Source of the DNA: Dehalococcoidia bacterium
GTDB lineage: Bacteria > Chloroflexota > Dehalococcoidia > UBA6926
Direction of reading: 5' to 3'
Length of the DNA: 64,000 nt
Assembly: GCA_963666115.2 (NCBI GenBank)
Contig: CAXXET010000006.1
Coordinates: forward strand, 256,001-320,000
In this document: positions 28,722-39,100 of the stretch, one piece after another
Layout of the letters: every line of letters starts with the position of its first letter
Numbering within the stretch: position 1 is the stretch's first letter
Notes under the pieces: generated by a model
Seen by the model: the letters and a program-made list of their open reading frames with translations, nothing else
What the model was told of the DNA's origin: nothing
Databases searched by the model: none
Made by a program: the position numbers and the translations under genes

Positions 28722-29789
28722 TTATTCGCGGGGGAAGACGGGGAGGGGGTGGTTGGCGGTGATGCGGGTGGTTACGCGGGTGCCTACCTCGATGTCGTTG
28801 GCGTGTGAGTCGAGGGCGCGGCAGATTGTGCCAGAGTCGAGTTCGATGCTGTATGCGTAGAACGCGCCGCTGAATATCCGCCCGATGACGCGGCCGTTTC
28901 CGATGTCGTCGGCGCGGATGGTGAGGTCTTCCGGCCTCACCATGAGATCGAGCGGCCCGGCGCTGCTGAGAGCGGCGGGGTTGCTGACGGCCACCTCACC
29001 AAGCTCCGTCAGCACGCGCGATTCGCTCGCCGTCGTCTCGGCGGGGATGAAGTCCGCCTCGCCCAGAAAGGCGGCGACGAACCGGTTGACCGGGCTATGG
29101 AACGCGGTATGCGGCGCGCCGATCTGCTGGATGCGTCCGCCCTCCATCACCGCGATCACGTCGCCCATGGACAGGGCTGCGTCCTGGTCATGCGTGACGA
29201 AGACGACAGTGATGCCTGCCTCATGAAGGATGTCACGAACTTCCAATTGGAGACGCGCGCTGAGATTGGGGTCCAGATTGGAGAACGGCTCGTCCATTAG
29301 GAGAATCTTGGGGGCGGGCGCAAGGGCGCGGGCGAGGGCGACGCGCTGCCTTTCGCCGCCCGAAAGCTCATGCGGGCGCCGGTCGCGCATCCCGCCCAGG
29401 CCGACAAGCGCAAGCAGTTCATCGACGCGCTCCTGCCGATCTGCGGCGTCACGCGGCAGACCGTACTGCACGTTGTTGGCGACGGTCATGTGGGGGAAGA
29501 GGGCGTAGTCCTGGAAGACGAAGCCGACGCCACGTTTTTCGGGCGGCGTAAAGACGCCTTTCCCCGTGACGGCCTGCCCGTCAAGCTCGATGACGCCGGT
29601 GTCCGGCGTTTCCAGCCCGGCGATGAGCCTCAGGAGCGTCGTCTTGCCGCAGCCGCTCGGCCCGACGAGGGCGAGGATTTCTCCCCGGCGCGCGTCCAGG
29701 CTGACGTCGTTGGCCGCGACCGCGCCGCCACCGTACCGTTTCGTCAGCCCGACGCAGCGCAGCATGACGGACGCGGAATCTATCGTCAT
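28722..29789 (-). CDS. fbpC: Fe3+ ABC transporter ATP-binding subunit
   Basis: GPSGCGKT, VFQDYALFPH, LSGGERQRVALARAL motifs and a TOBE-like tail. Confidence 0.85.
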   Translation of the reverse strand: MTIDSASVMLRCVGLTKRYGGGAVAANDVSLDARRGEILALVGPSGCGKTTLLRLIAGLETPDTGVIELDGQAVTGKGVFTPPEKRGVGFVFQDYALFPHMTVANNVQYGLPRDAADRQERVDELLALVGLGGMRDRRPHELSGGERQRVALARALAPAPKILLMDEPFSNLDPNLSARLQLEVRDILHEAGITVVFVTHDQDAALSMGDVIAVMEGGRIQQIGAPHTAFHSPVNRFVAAFLGEADFIPAETTASESRVLTELGEVAVSNPAALSSAGPLDLMVRPEDLTIRADDIGNGRVIGRIFSGAFYAYSIELDSGTICRALDSHANDIEVGTRVTTRITANHPLPVFPRE

Positions 29790-31420
29790 CGTGTCTGCCG
29801 ACTCCTTCCGCGACTGATCAGGATGAGCATGGGGATGGCTGAGATCAGTACCAGCAGCAGGGCGGGCAGGGCGGCCTGGGCGAAAAACGCCTCGGAGCTA
29901 GCGGCCCATACCCTGGTTGCCAGGTTGCTGAAATCCAGGGGGCTCAAGAGTAGTGTAGCGGGCAGTTCCTTCATGGCGGTGAGAAAGACGAGCGCGCCGC
30001 CCGCGAGGATGCCGGGGCGCAGCAGCGGCGCGGTTATCGTGCGGAATACCTCAAAGGGACGCCGCCCCAACGTCCTGCCCGCCTCTTCAATGCGCGGATT
30101 GACCTGGAGCAGAGATGATCGCAGCGGGCCTATCGCGACGGGCAGGAACAGCACGACATAGGCAAATACCAGTATGACGTGGGTCTGGTAGAGCGCCGGC
30201 ACAAGACGCAGGCCGAAGAAAACCAGCGCGAGCGCAATCACGAGGCCCGGCAGCGCGAATCCAAGATGGCTGATGCGGTCGACGGTTCTGCTGAACAGCC
30301 CCGGGTAGCGCACGGCAAGGACGACCACGGGCAGGGCGGCAATCACCGCTGCCAAGGCCGCCGCCGATGACACGACTGCGGAACTGACGGCAGGCCCCCA
30401 CACCGCCCCCAGCTCTTCGCCCGCGCCGATGCCGCGAATGAGCCAGAAGAGAAGCACCCCCATCGGGATGAACAGGGCCAGCAGCATCGTTACGAAGCAG
30501 AGCGCGAGGGCGGGGTATTTCCACTTGCCTAGCGGCACTGCGGGATAGTCGGTTCCGCCAAGCTCAGCCTGGTGCGTTTCCTCCATCGCCTGGTCGCCGT
30601 GAACCCTGGTCGCGGCCAGGAATATCAGGATCGCAAGTCCAACAAGAACCAGCGAGAGGGCGGCTGCGGCAGTTCGATCCACGTAGCTGGTGTATTGAAT
30701 ATAGATAGCCCACGTGAAGGTTTCGAACCGCAGGAGGGAGACTGCGCCGAAATCGCTGATGGTGTAGAGGGCGACGAGGAGGGTGCCGGAGGCGATGGCG
30801 GGTCGCAGTTGCGGCAGCGTGACGCGGAAGAATGTCTCCCACGGCCCCTTGCCCAGCGTGCGGGAGGCGTCCTCCAGCGCGCGCCCGGAGCCGCGCAGAG
30901 CCGCCCTGACGGTCAGCAGCGGGAACGGGTAGGAAACCAGGATCAACACGATCGCTGCGCCCGCAAGGCCGTACAGCGATGGTATCTCCTCGATTCCGAG
31001 AGGCTCTGCGACGAGTTGCTGGAGCATTCCCCGCGGCGCGAATACCGATATGAACAGGAACGCCACGATGTAGCTTGGTATCACGAGCGGAAGAGCGGTT
31101 ACCACGCTCCACATTCGGCGCATGGGCAGGTCGGTTCGCTCAATCAGCCAGCCAAGCGCGAGGGCGAGAACGGCGGACGCGGCGGAGACAATCGCGACGA
31201 GCACAAAGCTGCGAAAGATGATTGCCGCGACGCGCTGGCGGAGGAGGACGTCCGCCAACGACTCCGAGCCGGCCTCCAGAGTACGGATGACCAGGTAGAT
31301 GACGGGCAGCATCACCGCCGCGCCCACGAGCGAGGCAGAGGCAACGATTCCAAGCGGCGGCCGGCGCCGGCCATGCCCTGCGGCATTGGGGAAACCGACG
31401 CCGACCGCCGTTGAACTCAT
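29786..31420 (-). CDS. fbpB: Fe3+ ABC transporter permease
   Basis: Two EAA-loop halves (LEDASRTLG and IEEAGRTLG) and KELPATLLL. Confidence 0.85.
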   Translation of the reverse strand: MSSTAVGVGFPNAAGHGRRRPPLGIVASASLVGAAVMLPVIYLVIRTLEAGSESLADVLLRQRVAAIIFRSFVLVAIVSAASAVLALALGWLIERTDLPMRRMWSVVTALPLVIPSYIVAFLFISVFAPRGMLQQLVAEPLGIEEIPSLYGLAGAAIVLILVSYPFPLLTVRAALRGSGRALEDASRTLGKGPWETFFRVTLPQLRPAIASGTLLVALYTISDFGAVSLLRFETFTWAIYIQYTSYVDRTAAAALSLVLVGLAILIFLAATRVHGDQAMEETHQAELGGTDYPAVPLGKWKYPALALCFVTMLLALFIPMGVLLFWLIRGIGAGEELGAVWGPAVSSAVVSSAAALAAVIAALPVVVLAVRYPGLFSRTVDRISHLGFALPGLVIALALVFFGLRLVPALYQTHVILVFAYVVLFLPVAIGPLRSSLLQVNPRIEEAGRTLGRRPFEVFRTITAPLLRPGILAGGALVFLTAMKELPATLLLSPLDFSNLATRVWAASSEAFFAQAALPALLLVLISAIPMLILISRGRSRQTR

Positions 31421-32554
31421 TTACGGAAGCACTCCTGTGTCACGCAGGAGGTCGAGTGTGCCCTCAAGGTCTCCGAGGTCCGCCATGTCCACCTCGGGCG
31501 CGTTGATGTCCTCCAGGGGAGTCAGCAGGCGGTTGACGTTGACGCCCTCCACGAGCGGGTACTCGTAGGTCGATCCGGCGAAGTACTGTTGGGCGACGGG
31601 CGACAGCATGAACTCAATGAACTTGATCGCGTTCTCGCTGTTGGCCGAGTCGTCCAGCACGCCTGCTCCGGCCACGAGGACCATGGCGCCGGGGCCGCCG
31701 CCGGTCAGGTGGGCGTTGCGCGCCGCGAAACCCTCGCCATGTTCCGCCAGGAAGCGGTACAGGTAGTAGTGATTGACGAATCCAACGTCGATTTCCCCCG
31801 CGCCGGCTGCCGCAACCGTGGGCGTGTTCTTGGGGTAAATCTGCGGGTTATTCGCCAGGATCCCCTCAAGCCATGCCCGTGTCTCATCCTCGCCCCAGAT
31901 GACACGCATCGCGGTCACCATGGCCTGGAAGGAGCCGTTGGTGGGCGGCCAGCCGATGCGGCCCTCCCATTTCGGATCGGTAAACCCGCGCAGATCATTG
32001 GGCAGGTCATTTGGCGATACGCGCGACGTGTTGTAGACGATGACGCGCGCCCGCCCGGAGAGGCCGATCCACTTGCCGTCCGGCGAACGGAAGTTGGCGG
32101 GCACCAAGTTCAGCACGTTGTTCGGCAGCGTCGCAAACATCGACTCCACCGCCGCGAGCCCGCCCGGGTCCTGCGCGAAGAAGATGTCCGCGGGTGAATT
32201 GGCGCCCTCTTCGAGGATGGTGGCGGCGACTTCGGACGTGCTGCCGTACTTGACGCTAACGTCGATGCCGGTTGCCTCCGAGAACTGCGCGATGATGGGG
32301 CCGACGAGGCTTTCGCTGCGGCCCGAATAGACCACAAGCTCGCCCGGGTCGGCCTCTTCAACAATCACGACGGGTGTCGCGGTTGGACCGGCAGGCATTG
32401 ATGCCGGCGTGTTTGTTGGGGCAGGGCGCGGCGTTGACGTTGCCACCGGGGCGGTTGTGGGCCGGGGAGTGGCCGTGGGATCAGGTTCGCTTTCGCACCC
32501 CGCCGCCGCAATCAAAACCAGGACTCCAATGAGCCCAATCAGTAACCGAAACAT
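31421..32554 (-). CDS. fbpA: Fe3+ ABC transporter substrate-binding lipoprotein (FbpA/FutA type)
   Basis: Lipobox AAGC, Pro/Thr linker, VYSGR, EGANSPAD and the NHYY tyrosine pair. Confidence 0.87.
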   Translation of the reverse strand: MFRLLIGLIGVLVLIAAAGCESEPDPTATPRPTTAPVATSTPRPAPTNTPASMPAGPTATPVVIVEEADPGELVVYSGRSESLVGPIIAQFSEATGIDVSVKYGSTSEVAATILEEGANSPADIFFAQDPGGLAAVESMFATLPNNVLNLVPANFRSPDGKWIGLSGRARVIVYNTSRVSPNDLPNDLRGFTDPKWEGRIGWPPTNGSFQAMVTAMRVIWGEDETRAWLEGILANNPQIYPKNTPTVAAAGAGEIDVGFVNHYYLYRFLAEHGEGFAARNAHLTGGGPGAMVLVAGAGVLDDSANSENAIKFIEFMLSPVAQQYFAGSTYEYPLVEGVNVNRLLTPLEDINAPEVDMADLGDLEGTLDLLRDTGVLP

Positions 32555-32923
32555 GAGTTACCTCCAATTGAACGAAGAATGGATTTTCAACGTCAATTGG
32601 CGAGGTTCGGGAGCCGGGGCAGTCGATAGACCGACCGCCGTCTCAGGCGGCTGCGTCGATGGGCATGGCGCATGACGCTGGCGCCATGAATAGTGGTCTC
32701 GTGTGACGGCGCACGTTGTTCCGGCGCGGATGTGTCCGGGCGTGGGCCGCCGGATTGTTCCGTGGGGCGCGCTGCGTGCAACAGGGAAGCCCGCAGCCGC
32801 AACAGCGTGCGCGAGCAACTGGTACTCAGCGCGGCCGCCTGCGGGGCAGCGTGGGTGGAGATGCGCCTCGGCGTGGCCGAGAGTCGAAGCCTACTCACAG
32901 CCCGCCGCTCTCTCTAGCGCAGA

Positions 32924-33832
32924 TCATGAGCCCTTTTCTCTTTCGGCGCGCGCCTTGGCGGAACGCGGCCCGAACGGCTCCGGCTGGAACGGCTCATCGC
33001 GCTTGCGAATGAACGCGCGGAGGCCGCCCTCCTTGCGCGCCTCTTCAAGCGGGGCGGTGTAATCCTCTCGCTTGGAGACGATCACGGCGGCGGCGAGCTC
33101 GGAATTGTAGCGCATCACGTTGTGCAGGCCCTGCATTTCAAGGCCGCGCATAGCGACGGCAAGGTTGATCTTGACCGTCTCAGGGCTGACGAGCGCGAGC
33201 CGCTCCGTCAGTTGGAACGCTTCTTCAAGCGCGTCGTCCTTTGTCGGCACGACCTTGTTGACGATGCCGATGCGGAGCGCCTCCTGCGCGTCGATGTGGT
33301 CGCCGGTGAGGGCGTAGCGCAGACCGTTCTTGTAGCCCGCGTGGTGAATCCAGATGTAGTTGTCGTCCGAGATCATGCGGACTTCAACCTGCCCAAAGAC
33401 GGCGTCCTCCGCCGCGATGGTGATGTGGGAGGTGAGGGCGTACCAGGAGCCGCCGCCCATGCACCAGCCGCTGACGACGGCGATGATGGGCGTGTCGATC
33501 TCGTCGATAACGCGGGCGATGCGCCCATGCTCCTTCTTCCAGAAGCGCGTGCGCCAGCGGTCGATTTCCGCCGCGACGTTGGAGCCTTTGGGCAGGCCGT
33601 ACGGCCATTCATAGTCCGCGCCGCCGCCGGCGATGTCGAATCCTGCGGAGAATGCCTGCCCCGCGCCGGTGAGCACGATGGCGCGGACCTCGGGATCGGC
33701 GTCGGCGGCATCGAGTGCGTGGTGAAGTTCGATGTCCAACTCATCGGAGATGGCGTTCATGACCTCCGGACGGTTCAGCGTGATGAGCACGCCGTTGCGC
33801 TGCTTCTCATAGAGCAGATTCTGGTAGTCCAT
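32924..33832 (-). CDS. Enoyl-CoA hydratase/isomerase family protein, paralogue 2
   Basis: MDYQNLLYE, LTGAGQAFSAGFD and LTGDHIDAQEALRIG; closely similar to 4055-4951. Confidence 0.9.
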   Translation of the reverse strand: MDYQNLLYEKQRNGVLITLNRPEVMNAISDELDIELHHALDAADADPEVRAIVLTGAGQAFSAGFDIAGGGADYEWPYGLPKGSNVAAEIDRWRTRFWKKEHGRIARVIDEIDTPIIAVVSGWCMGGGSWYALTSHITIAAEDAVFGQVEVRMISDDNYIWIHHAGYKNGLRYALTGDHIDAQEALRIGIVNKVVPTKDDALEEAFQLTERLALVSPETVKINLAVAMRGLEMQGLHNVMRYNSELAAAVIVSKREDYTAPLEEARKEGGLRAFIRKRDEPFQPEPFGPRSAKARAEREKGS

Positions 33833-33940
33833 GACTAATCCCCCTGTCGCGGCCGGACGCACCTGACTCAACACATGTTAATGCAGCTTAATGCCAAAGG
33901 CAATATGGGGGGTGAGCGGGCGGTGGATAGGAGGGGTTGG

Positions 33941-34351
33941 CTAGGAGGAGAGTTCTGCGACTGCGTCGGCGGGACTGACGGCGGGGATGGGGGAGTTCCT
34001 GTAGTCAGGGAGGTCTCTCGTGACGATGAGGCGCGCCCCTGCCGCCATGGCGGCAGCCACTTGCAGCGCGTCTTCAAAGTCTGACATCGGTAGCGCCAGT
34101 GCCCGCCTCACGTCAGTGTTGGACGTGGGAACAACTGTGACCGTTTTGACGAGGTCCTCAATGAATGAGCGAATATCAGGCGCATCCGGTTTCGGTCTCG
34201 CTACGTAATGCAGGTTGGAAATCGTGTGCCAGGACACGCACGCGGGCTCGACCCTTGCTCCGATGAGATCAAGGAACCTCGTGGATGCTTCGCTGAACGG
34301 CTCACGGTCGGAGGCCACATCCACAAGGATGTCCGTATCGATGTAGATCAC
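33941..34351 (-). CDS. PIN-domain toxin
   Basis: IYIDTDILVD, DFEDALQ and IVTRD motifs. Confidence 0.88.
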   Translation of the reverse strand: MIYIDTDILVDVASDREPFSEASTRFLDLIGARVEPACVSWHTISNLHYVARPKPDAPDIRSFIEDLVKTVTVVPTSNTDVRRALALPMSDFEDALQVAAAMAAGARLIVTRDLPDYRNSPIPAVSPADAVAELSS

Positions 34352-34581
34352 TGCAAGTACTTCTTGGCCAGCGCTTCATAGAGTGGGTCGCCCGTTCGCT
34401 CGGCAGGTTGGAACTTCCCGCGCCACCTGGTTCCGAAGGGCAGCTTATCCTGATCCGTTGCCTCCCTCAGTGACTGCTCGATGAGAGCCGAGAGTGAGAC
34501 CCCCTTGGAGCGCGCGTACCGCTTGGCGACCGGAATCAGGTCACTCTCCACGGTTACCGTCAGCTTCTGCTTCATCGCCAT
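34348..34581 (-). CDS. Ribbon-helix-helix antitoxin (DUF6364-like)
   Basis: KQKLTVTV...AKRYARSKGVSLSALIE...LAKKY; 4-nt overlap with the PIN gene. Confidence 0.8.
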   Translation of the reverse strand: MAMKQKLTVTVESDLIPVAKRYARSKGVSLSALIEQSLREATDQDKLPFGTRWRGKFQPAERTGDPLYEALAKKYLQ

Positions 34582-34599
34582 TTATCCTCGTCGCACCAG

Positions 34600-34630
34600 T
34601 ACACGTATAGTCAGGAAAAGTATACGTGTA
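34600..34630. promoter_or_regulatory. Inverted-repeat operator of the TA pair
   Basis: TACACGTATA-N11-TATACGTGTA, overlapping minus-strand TATAC -10-like sequences. Confidence 0.7.
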
Positions 34631-34684
34631 ACGCTGGCAGATAGCAAAAGCCGCCGGGAAAGCCCAACAATACGCGCCGCCTGC

Positions 34685-35311
34685 CTAATGCTCCTCGCCG
34701 TTTCCGCTGCCCATGTTGCCCCATCTCGCAACTCCGAGGCGCCAGAGAACGACCAGGTTGGTTAGGATGCCGATGATGACGAGCGTGGCGACGCCCTGGC
34801 CGATGATCGCGCCGATCATGATGACGAGGAGGCGCAGGTCGCGGGAGGCCAGCGCGCCGGGCAGGCCCTCGAAGGGCTGGCCGAACGTCGCCTCCGCCCG
34901 CGCGCGGCTGTAGCTGATCATCAGGGAGCCAACAATCGCTGCAAGGGCAGCCGTCGAGACCACGGGGATGGACACACCCGGTTCGAATGCATGAGACCAG
35001 TAGCCCAGTCCGGCCAGGATCAGAACGTCCGCGTACCTGTCCAGCAGGGCATCGAAGAACCCGCCGAACCGGCTTGCCATGTTCTTGGCGCGGGCGAGGT
35101 CGCCGTCCACGCCATCGATGATCGACGACGCCTGAACGAGGACGCCTGCCCAGATGTTGAGGTCGTAGTAGAACAGCGCTGCCGCGCCCACCGCCATCAG
35201 GAACGCGATGAGCGAAACCTGGTTGGGCGTGACCGGGGTACGGACGAACGCCCGCGCGATGGGGCGCGAGAAGCGTCGGTTCAGGTACCGGGAGACGAAT
35301 CCTTCGTGCAT
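34685..35311 (-). CDS. CDP-alcohol phosphatidyltransferase (DIPP synthase-like)
   Basis: EGFVSRYLNRRFS, VTPNQVS and the DGVDGDLAR...G.FFD..LDRYAD signature. Start is uncertain (35311 or 35368). Confidence 0.85.
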   Translation of the reverse strand: MHEGFVSRYLNRRFSRPIARAFVRTPVTPNQVSLIAFLMAVGAAALFYYDLNIWAGVLVQASSIIDGVDGDLARAKNMASRFGGFFDALLDRYADVLILAGLGYWSHAFEPGVSIPVVSTAALAAIVGSLMISYSRARAEATFGQPFEGLPGALASRDLRLLVIMIGAIIGQGVATLVIIGILTNLVVLWRLGVARWGNMGSGNGEEH

Positions 35312-35319
35312 ACGGGGGG

Positions 35320-36048
35320 CTAGTCGGCCTGTCCGAGCGCATCCCGCGCCAGTTTCAGGTCTTCCCACGTGTCCACGTCGAACCAGAACGCGCCGTCAAC
35401 ATCATGGGCATGGAGAGCATTCCCGGAGAGGATGAGGCGCGTCACGGCCTGGCTCAACTCGTCGTGGGAACTGTCCTCATCGAGTTTGGATTCGATGGCA
35501 TCGAAGATCGTGGGCGTGAAGCGAAACACGCCGCAGTCGATGCCGTTCCATTCCGGCAGGTTCTTGCCGATGGCCACGATGTGGCCGTGCTCATCCACGC
35601 TGACGCGCGTCCCCTCCTCGACATCGCGGTCGTCGGGGTCGAAATCCACGGCGAGCGCGTTGAGATTCCACCCGTTTTCCCTTGCCCCGTTGACAAGCCC
35701 CATGATGATTTCCGTCGAGGGCATGTGGTCGGCCATGGACAGGATGAACGGGTCCGTCCCAACGGCATCCTTGGCGGCAAGAACGGAAACGGCGTTTCCG
35801 CGGTGGTGTTCCGTGTTCATGACGTACGTGATGTTGACGCCGCGCGCCGAGCCGTCCCCAAGCGCGTCCTGCAACGCCTGGCCCTCGTGGCCGATGACGA
35901 TGCAGATGTCCGTTATGCCGGCCTGCTGAATTCCGTCCAGGGTGTAGTCAATTACCGTCTGCCCGTTGACGGGCAGGAGCGCCTTATGGCGGATACCGTA
36001 TTGGCTAAAGCGAGAGCCATGCCCCGCTGCCAAAATGACAGCCTTCAT
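35320..36048 (-). CDS. Sugar/inositol-phosphate cytidylyltransferase (IPCT/LicC-like)
   Basis: MKAVILAAGHGSR, GNAVS, LSMADH, IDCGVF and WFDVDT motifs. Confidence 0.85.
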   Translation of the reverse strand: MKAVILAAGHGSRFSQYGIRHKALLPVNGQTVIDYTLDGIQQAGITDICIVIGHEGQALQDALGDGSARGVNITYVMNTEHHRGNAVSVLAAKDAVGTDPFILSMADHMPSTEIIMGLVNGARENGWNLNALAVDFDPDDRDVEEGTRVSVDEHGHIVAIGKNLPEWNGIDCGVFRFTPTIFDAIESKLDEDSSHDELSQAVTRLILSGNALHAHDVDGAFWFDVDTWEDLKLARDALGQAD

Positions 36049-36193
36049 CCCCATACTCCTTTGTGTGGCGGCGATGCCCGTTTCCCCCACCGAGCCCTTC
36101 GCCGCTGCGAATCGTCGGCTAACGCCGGATGGCGTAGTCTAGCACGTTATCGCAAAGAAATTGCGAATCCCTTAACACGAGGGGCGCCCTGAG

Positions 36194-39100
36194 CTAATGC
36201 GCCGTGACGAGCGCGGCTCCCTCAACCTTCTTGAGCACCTCGGCGAGTGAGAGATTCTTGTCGCGCAGTTGGGCGGGCAGGGCCTTCCAGAACATTGCGC
36301 GATATTTGGGCCAATCGGCAAGGATTTCAGCGGCGCGCTTGCTGCCGGTCGTTTCCGCGTGGCGCTCGATGAGCTCCAGCACGTGGCGCTCATCTTCCGG
36401 GTCTTCGAGCCTATCCAGCACCAGAAGCTCCTGGTTGTAGAGCGACGGGAATTCGCCGGTCTCGTCCAGCACGAACGCCGCGCCGCCGGACATGCCCGCG
36501 CCGAAGTTGCGTCCTACCGTACCCAGAACCACAACGATGCCGCTGGTCATGTACTCGCAGCCGTGATCACCGACGCCCTCAACGACGGCTTGCGTGCCGC
36601 TGTTTCGCACTGCGAATCTTTCTCCGGCCCGCCCGGCGACGAAGAAGAAACCTCCTGTGCCGCCGTAGATACAGGTGTTGCCGATTATGGAGTTCTTGTG
36701 CGTCTCGAAACTCGCATCCGCGGGCGGCCTGACGACGAGTTCGCCGCCTGCCATTCCCTTGCCAACGTAGTCGTTCGCCTCACCCGTCAGCGTCATCCGC
36801 ACGCCCTCATTCAGGAACGCGCCAAAGCTCTGACCGGCGGAGCCGGTGAATGACAGGTCGATTGTGCCGGCGGGCAGGCCCTTCACGCCGTACCGGTGCG
36901 CGATGGCTCCTGAGATGCGCGCGCCGACCGTGCGCTGGGCGTTCCTGATGTCATACGACAACGAAACGGGATTCCGGCTCTCGATCGCGCCCGTGATCTC
37001 CGACAGGATGCGGTCGTCCAGCTTTTCGTCGTTCGGCCTGTCATTTCGGTCTTGCTCATTGCTGACCGGGCGTTGGAACGCAGGGTCGGCGGGGGCAATC
37101 AGCTTGAGCGCGTCCACGAACCTTGCGCGTTCAAGCTCTTCAATGTCCGGACGCAGCGCCAGGAACTCCGGATGGCCGATGATGTCGTTGAGCGAGCGAA
37201 CGCCAAGGCTTGCCAGGATCTCCCGGACCTCCGTTGCGACGAACGTGAAGTAATTCACAACGTTGTCGACGGAAGCGTTGAATTTCTCGATTAAATCCGC
37301 GCGTTGGGTCGCCACACCGACCGGGCAGCTGTTCAGGTGGCACTGGCGCGCCATCTCACAGCCGAGCGCGAGCAGGGCGACCGTGCCAAAGCCGACTTCG
37401 TCCGCGCCGAGCATGGTGGCGATGACAACGTCGCGCCCTGTGCGGATGCCGCCGTCCGTGCGCAGCTTCACGCGCCCGCGCAGGTCATTCATCACCAGGA
37501 CTTGCTGCGTCTCCGTCAGGCCCAGTTCCCACGGCGTGCCGGCGTTCTTGATGGATGAGAGCGGGCTCGCGCCCGTGCCGCCCTCATGGCCGGAAATCTG
37601 GATCTTGTCCGCGTAGCCCTTGGCGACTCCGGCGGCAATGGTGCCGACGCCCGCCTCCGCCACCAGCTTGACGCTGACCCTGGCGCGGGGATTGACCGTC
37701 TTGAGGTCATAGATGAGCTGCGCAAGGTCCTCAATGGAGTAGATGTCATGGTGAGGCGGCGGCGAGATCAGCGTGATGCCGGGCTGCGTGTGCCGGATGT
37801 AGGCGATGTACTCGATGACCTTGTGGCCGGGGAGCTGTCCTCCCTCTCCCGGCTTGGAGCCCTGCGCCATCTTGATTTCAAGCTCTTCTGCCATTGCCAG
37901 ATACTCAGGCGTGACGCCGAATCGGCCGGAGGCGACCTGCTTGATCTTGGAGTTGGCGTTGTAGCCGCGCGTCAGGCCGCGGAACCGGCGCGGGTCTTCA
38001 CCGCCCTCGCCCGTGTCAGCCGCGCCGCCGATGTGGTTCATGGCCATTGCCAGCGTCTCATGCGCGGGGGGGCTGAGCGCGCCGAGCGACATCGCGCCCG
38101 TCGTAAAGTGCTTCCAGATCTCTTCGACCGGCTCCACCTCATTAATGGGAATCGGCTCGCGGGTCTTGTTAAAGGTCAGGACATCGCGCAATGAGGAGAC
38201 GGGGCGGTTGTTCAGGGCGTCACGGTAGGGGACGTAGTCCTCGTAGTCGCCGGACCGGACGGCCTTGTGCAGCGTGCGGACGACGATTGGGTTATTGGCG
38301 TGGAACTCGCCGCTCTTGCGGTAGCGGATGAAACCGTAGTCTTCCAGCTTGGATTTCGGCGTCAGTTCCGAGTTGAAGGCGCGCTCGTGCCGCGCGAGAA
38401 CATCTGCCGCCAACTCGCGGAATCCCAGCCCGCCCACCTGCGACGGCGTGCCCGCGAAGCACTTTTGGACGATGTCGTCGCTCAGGCCGATGGCCTCGAA
38501 AATCTGGGCGCCATGGTAGGACGTAACAGTGGAGATGCCGATCTTGGACATGATCTTGAGCACGCCCTTGTTGGCCGACGCCTGGTACTTGGCGAGGGTG
38601 TAATCCTCGTCCTCCTCCTCGCTGAACTCGCCGCGCTCGAAGAGTTCACGCAGGCTCTCCCAGATGAGGTAGGGGTTGACTGCGCTCGCGCCGTAGCCGA
38701 TGAGCGCCGCGAAGTGATGCACTTCTCTCGCCTCGCCCGTGTCGCAGACAAGGCTGGCCTTCATGCGCTTGCCGCGCCGGATGAGATCGTGGTGGACTGC
38801 CCCGAGCGCCAGCATCATTGGGATGGGGGCGTGCCGCTCGTCGACGGGCCTGTCGGACAGAACGATGATCGAGCGCCCCGCGTCGACGGCGGAGACTGCC
38901 TGCTCGCAGAGATCGTCGATTGCCTGCTCCAGGGCGTCCGGGCCGTCCGCAGCGGCGAAGACGGTTGGCAGCGTGACGGACGAAAGGCTTGGCGAATCGA
39001 CTGCGCGGATGACGTCCAACTCGTGGTCGCGGATGACGGGGCCGGGTATGGCAAGCAGATGCGCCGCCTCTTCCCGCTCCCGCAACATGCTGTCGCGGGG

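Noticed and set aside
32700-32830. AACAGGGAAGCCCG...GCAAC resembling a cobalamin riboswitch fragment
   Set aside because: It is on the strand opposite the transporter and lacks the remaining B12-box elements.
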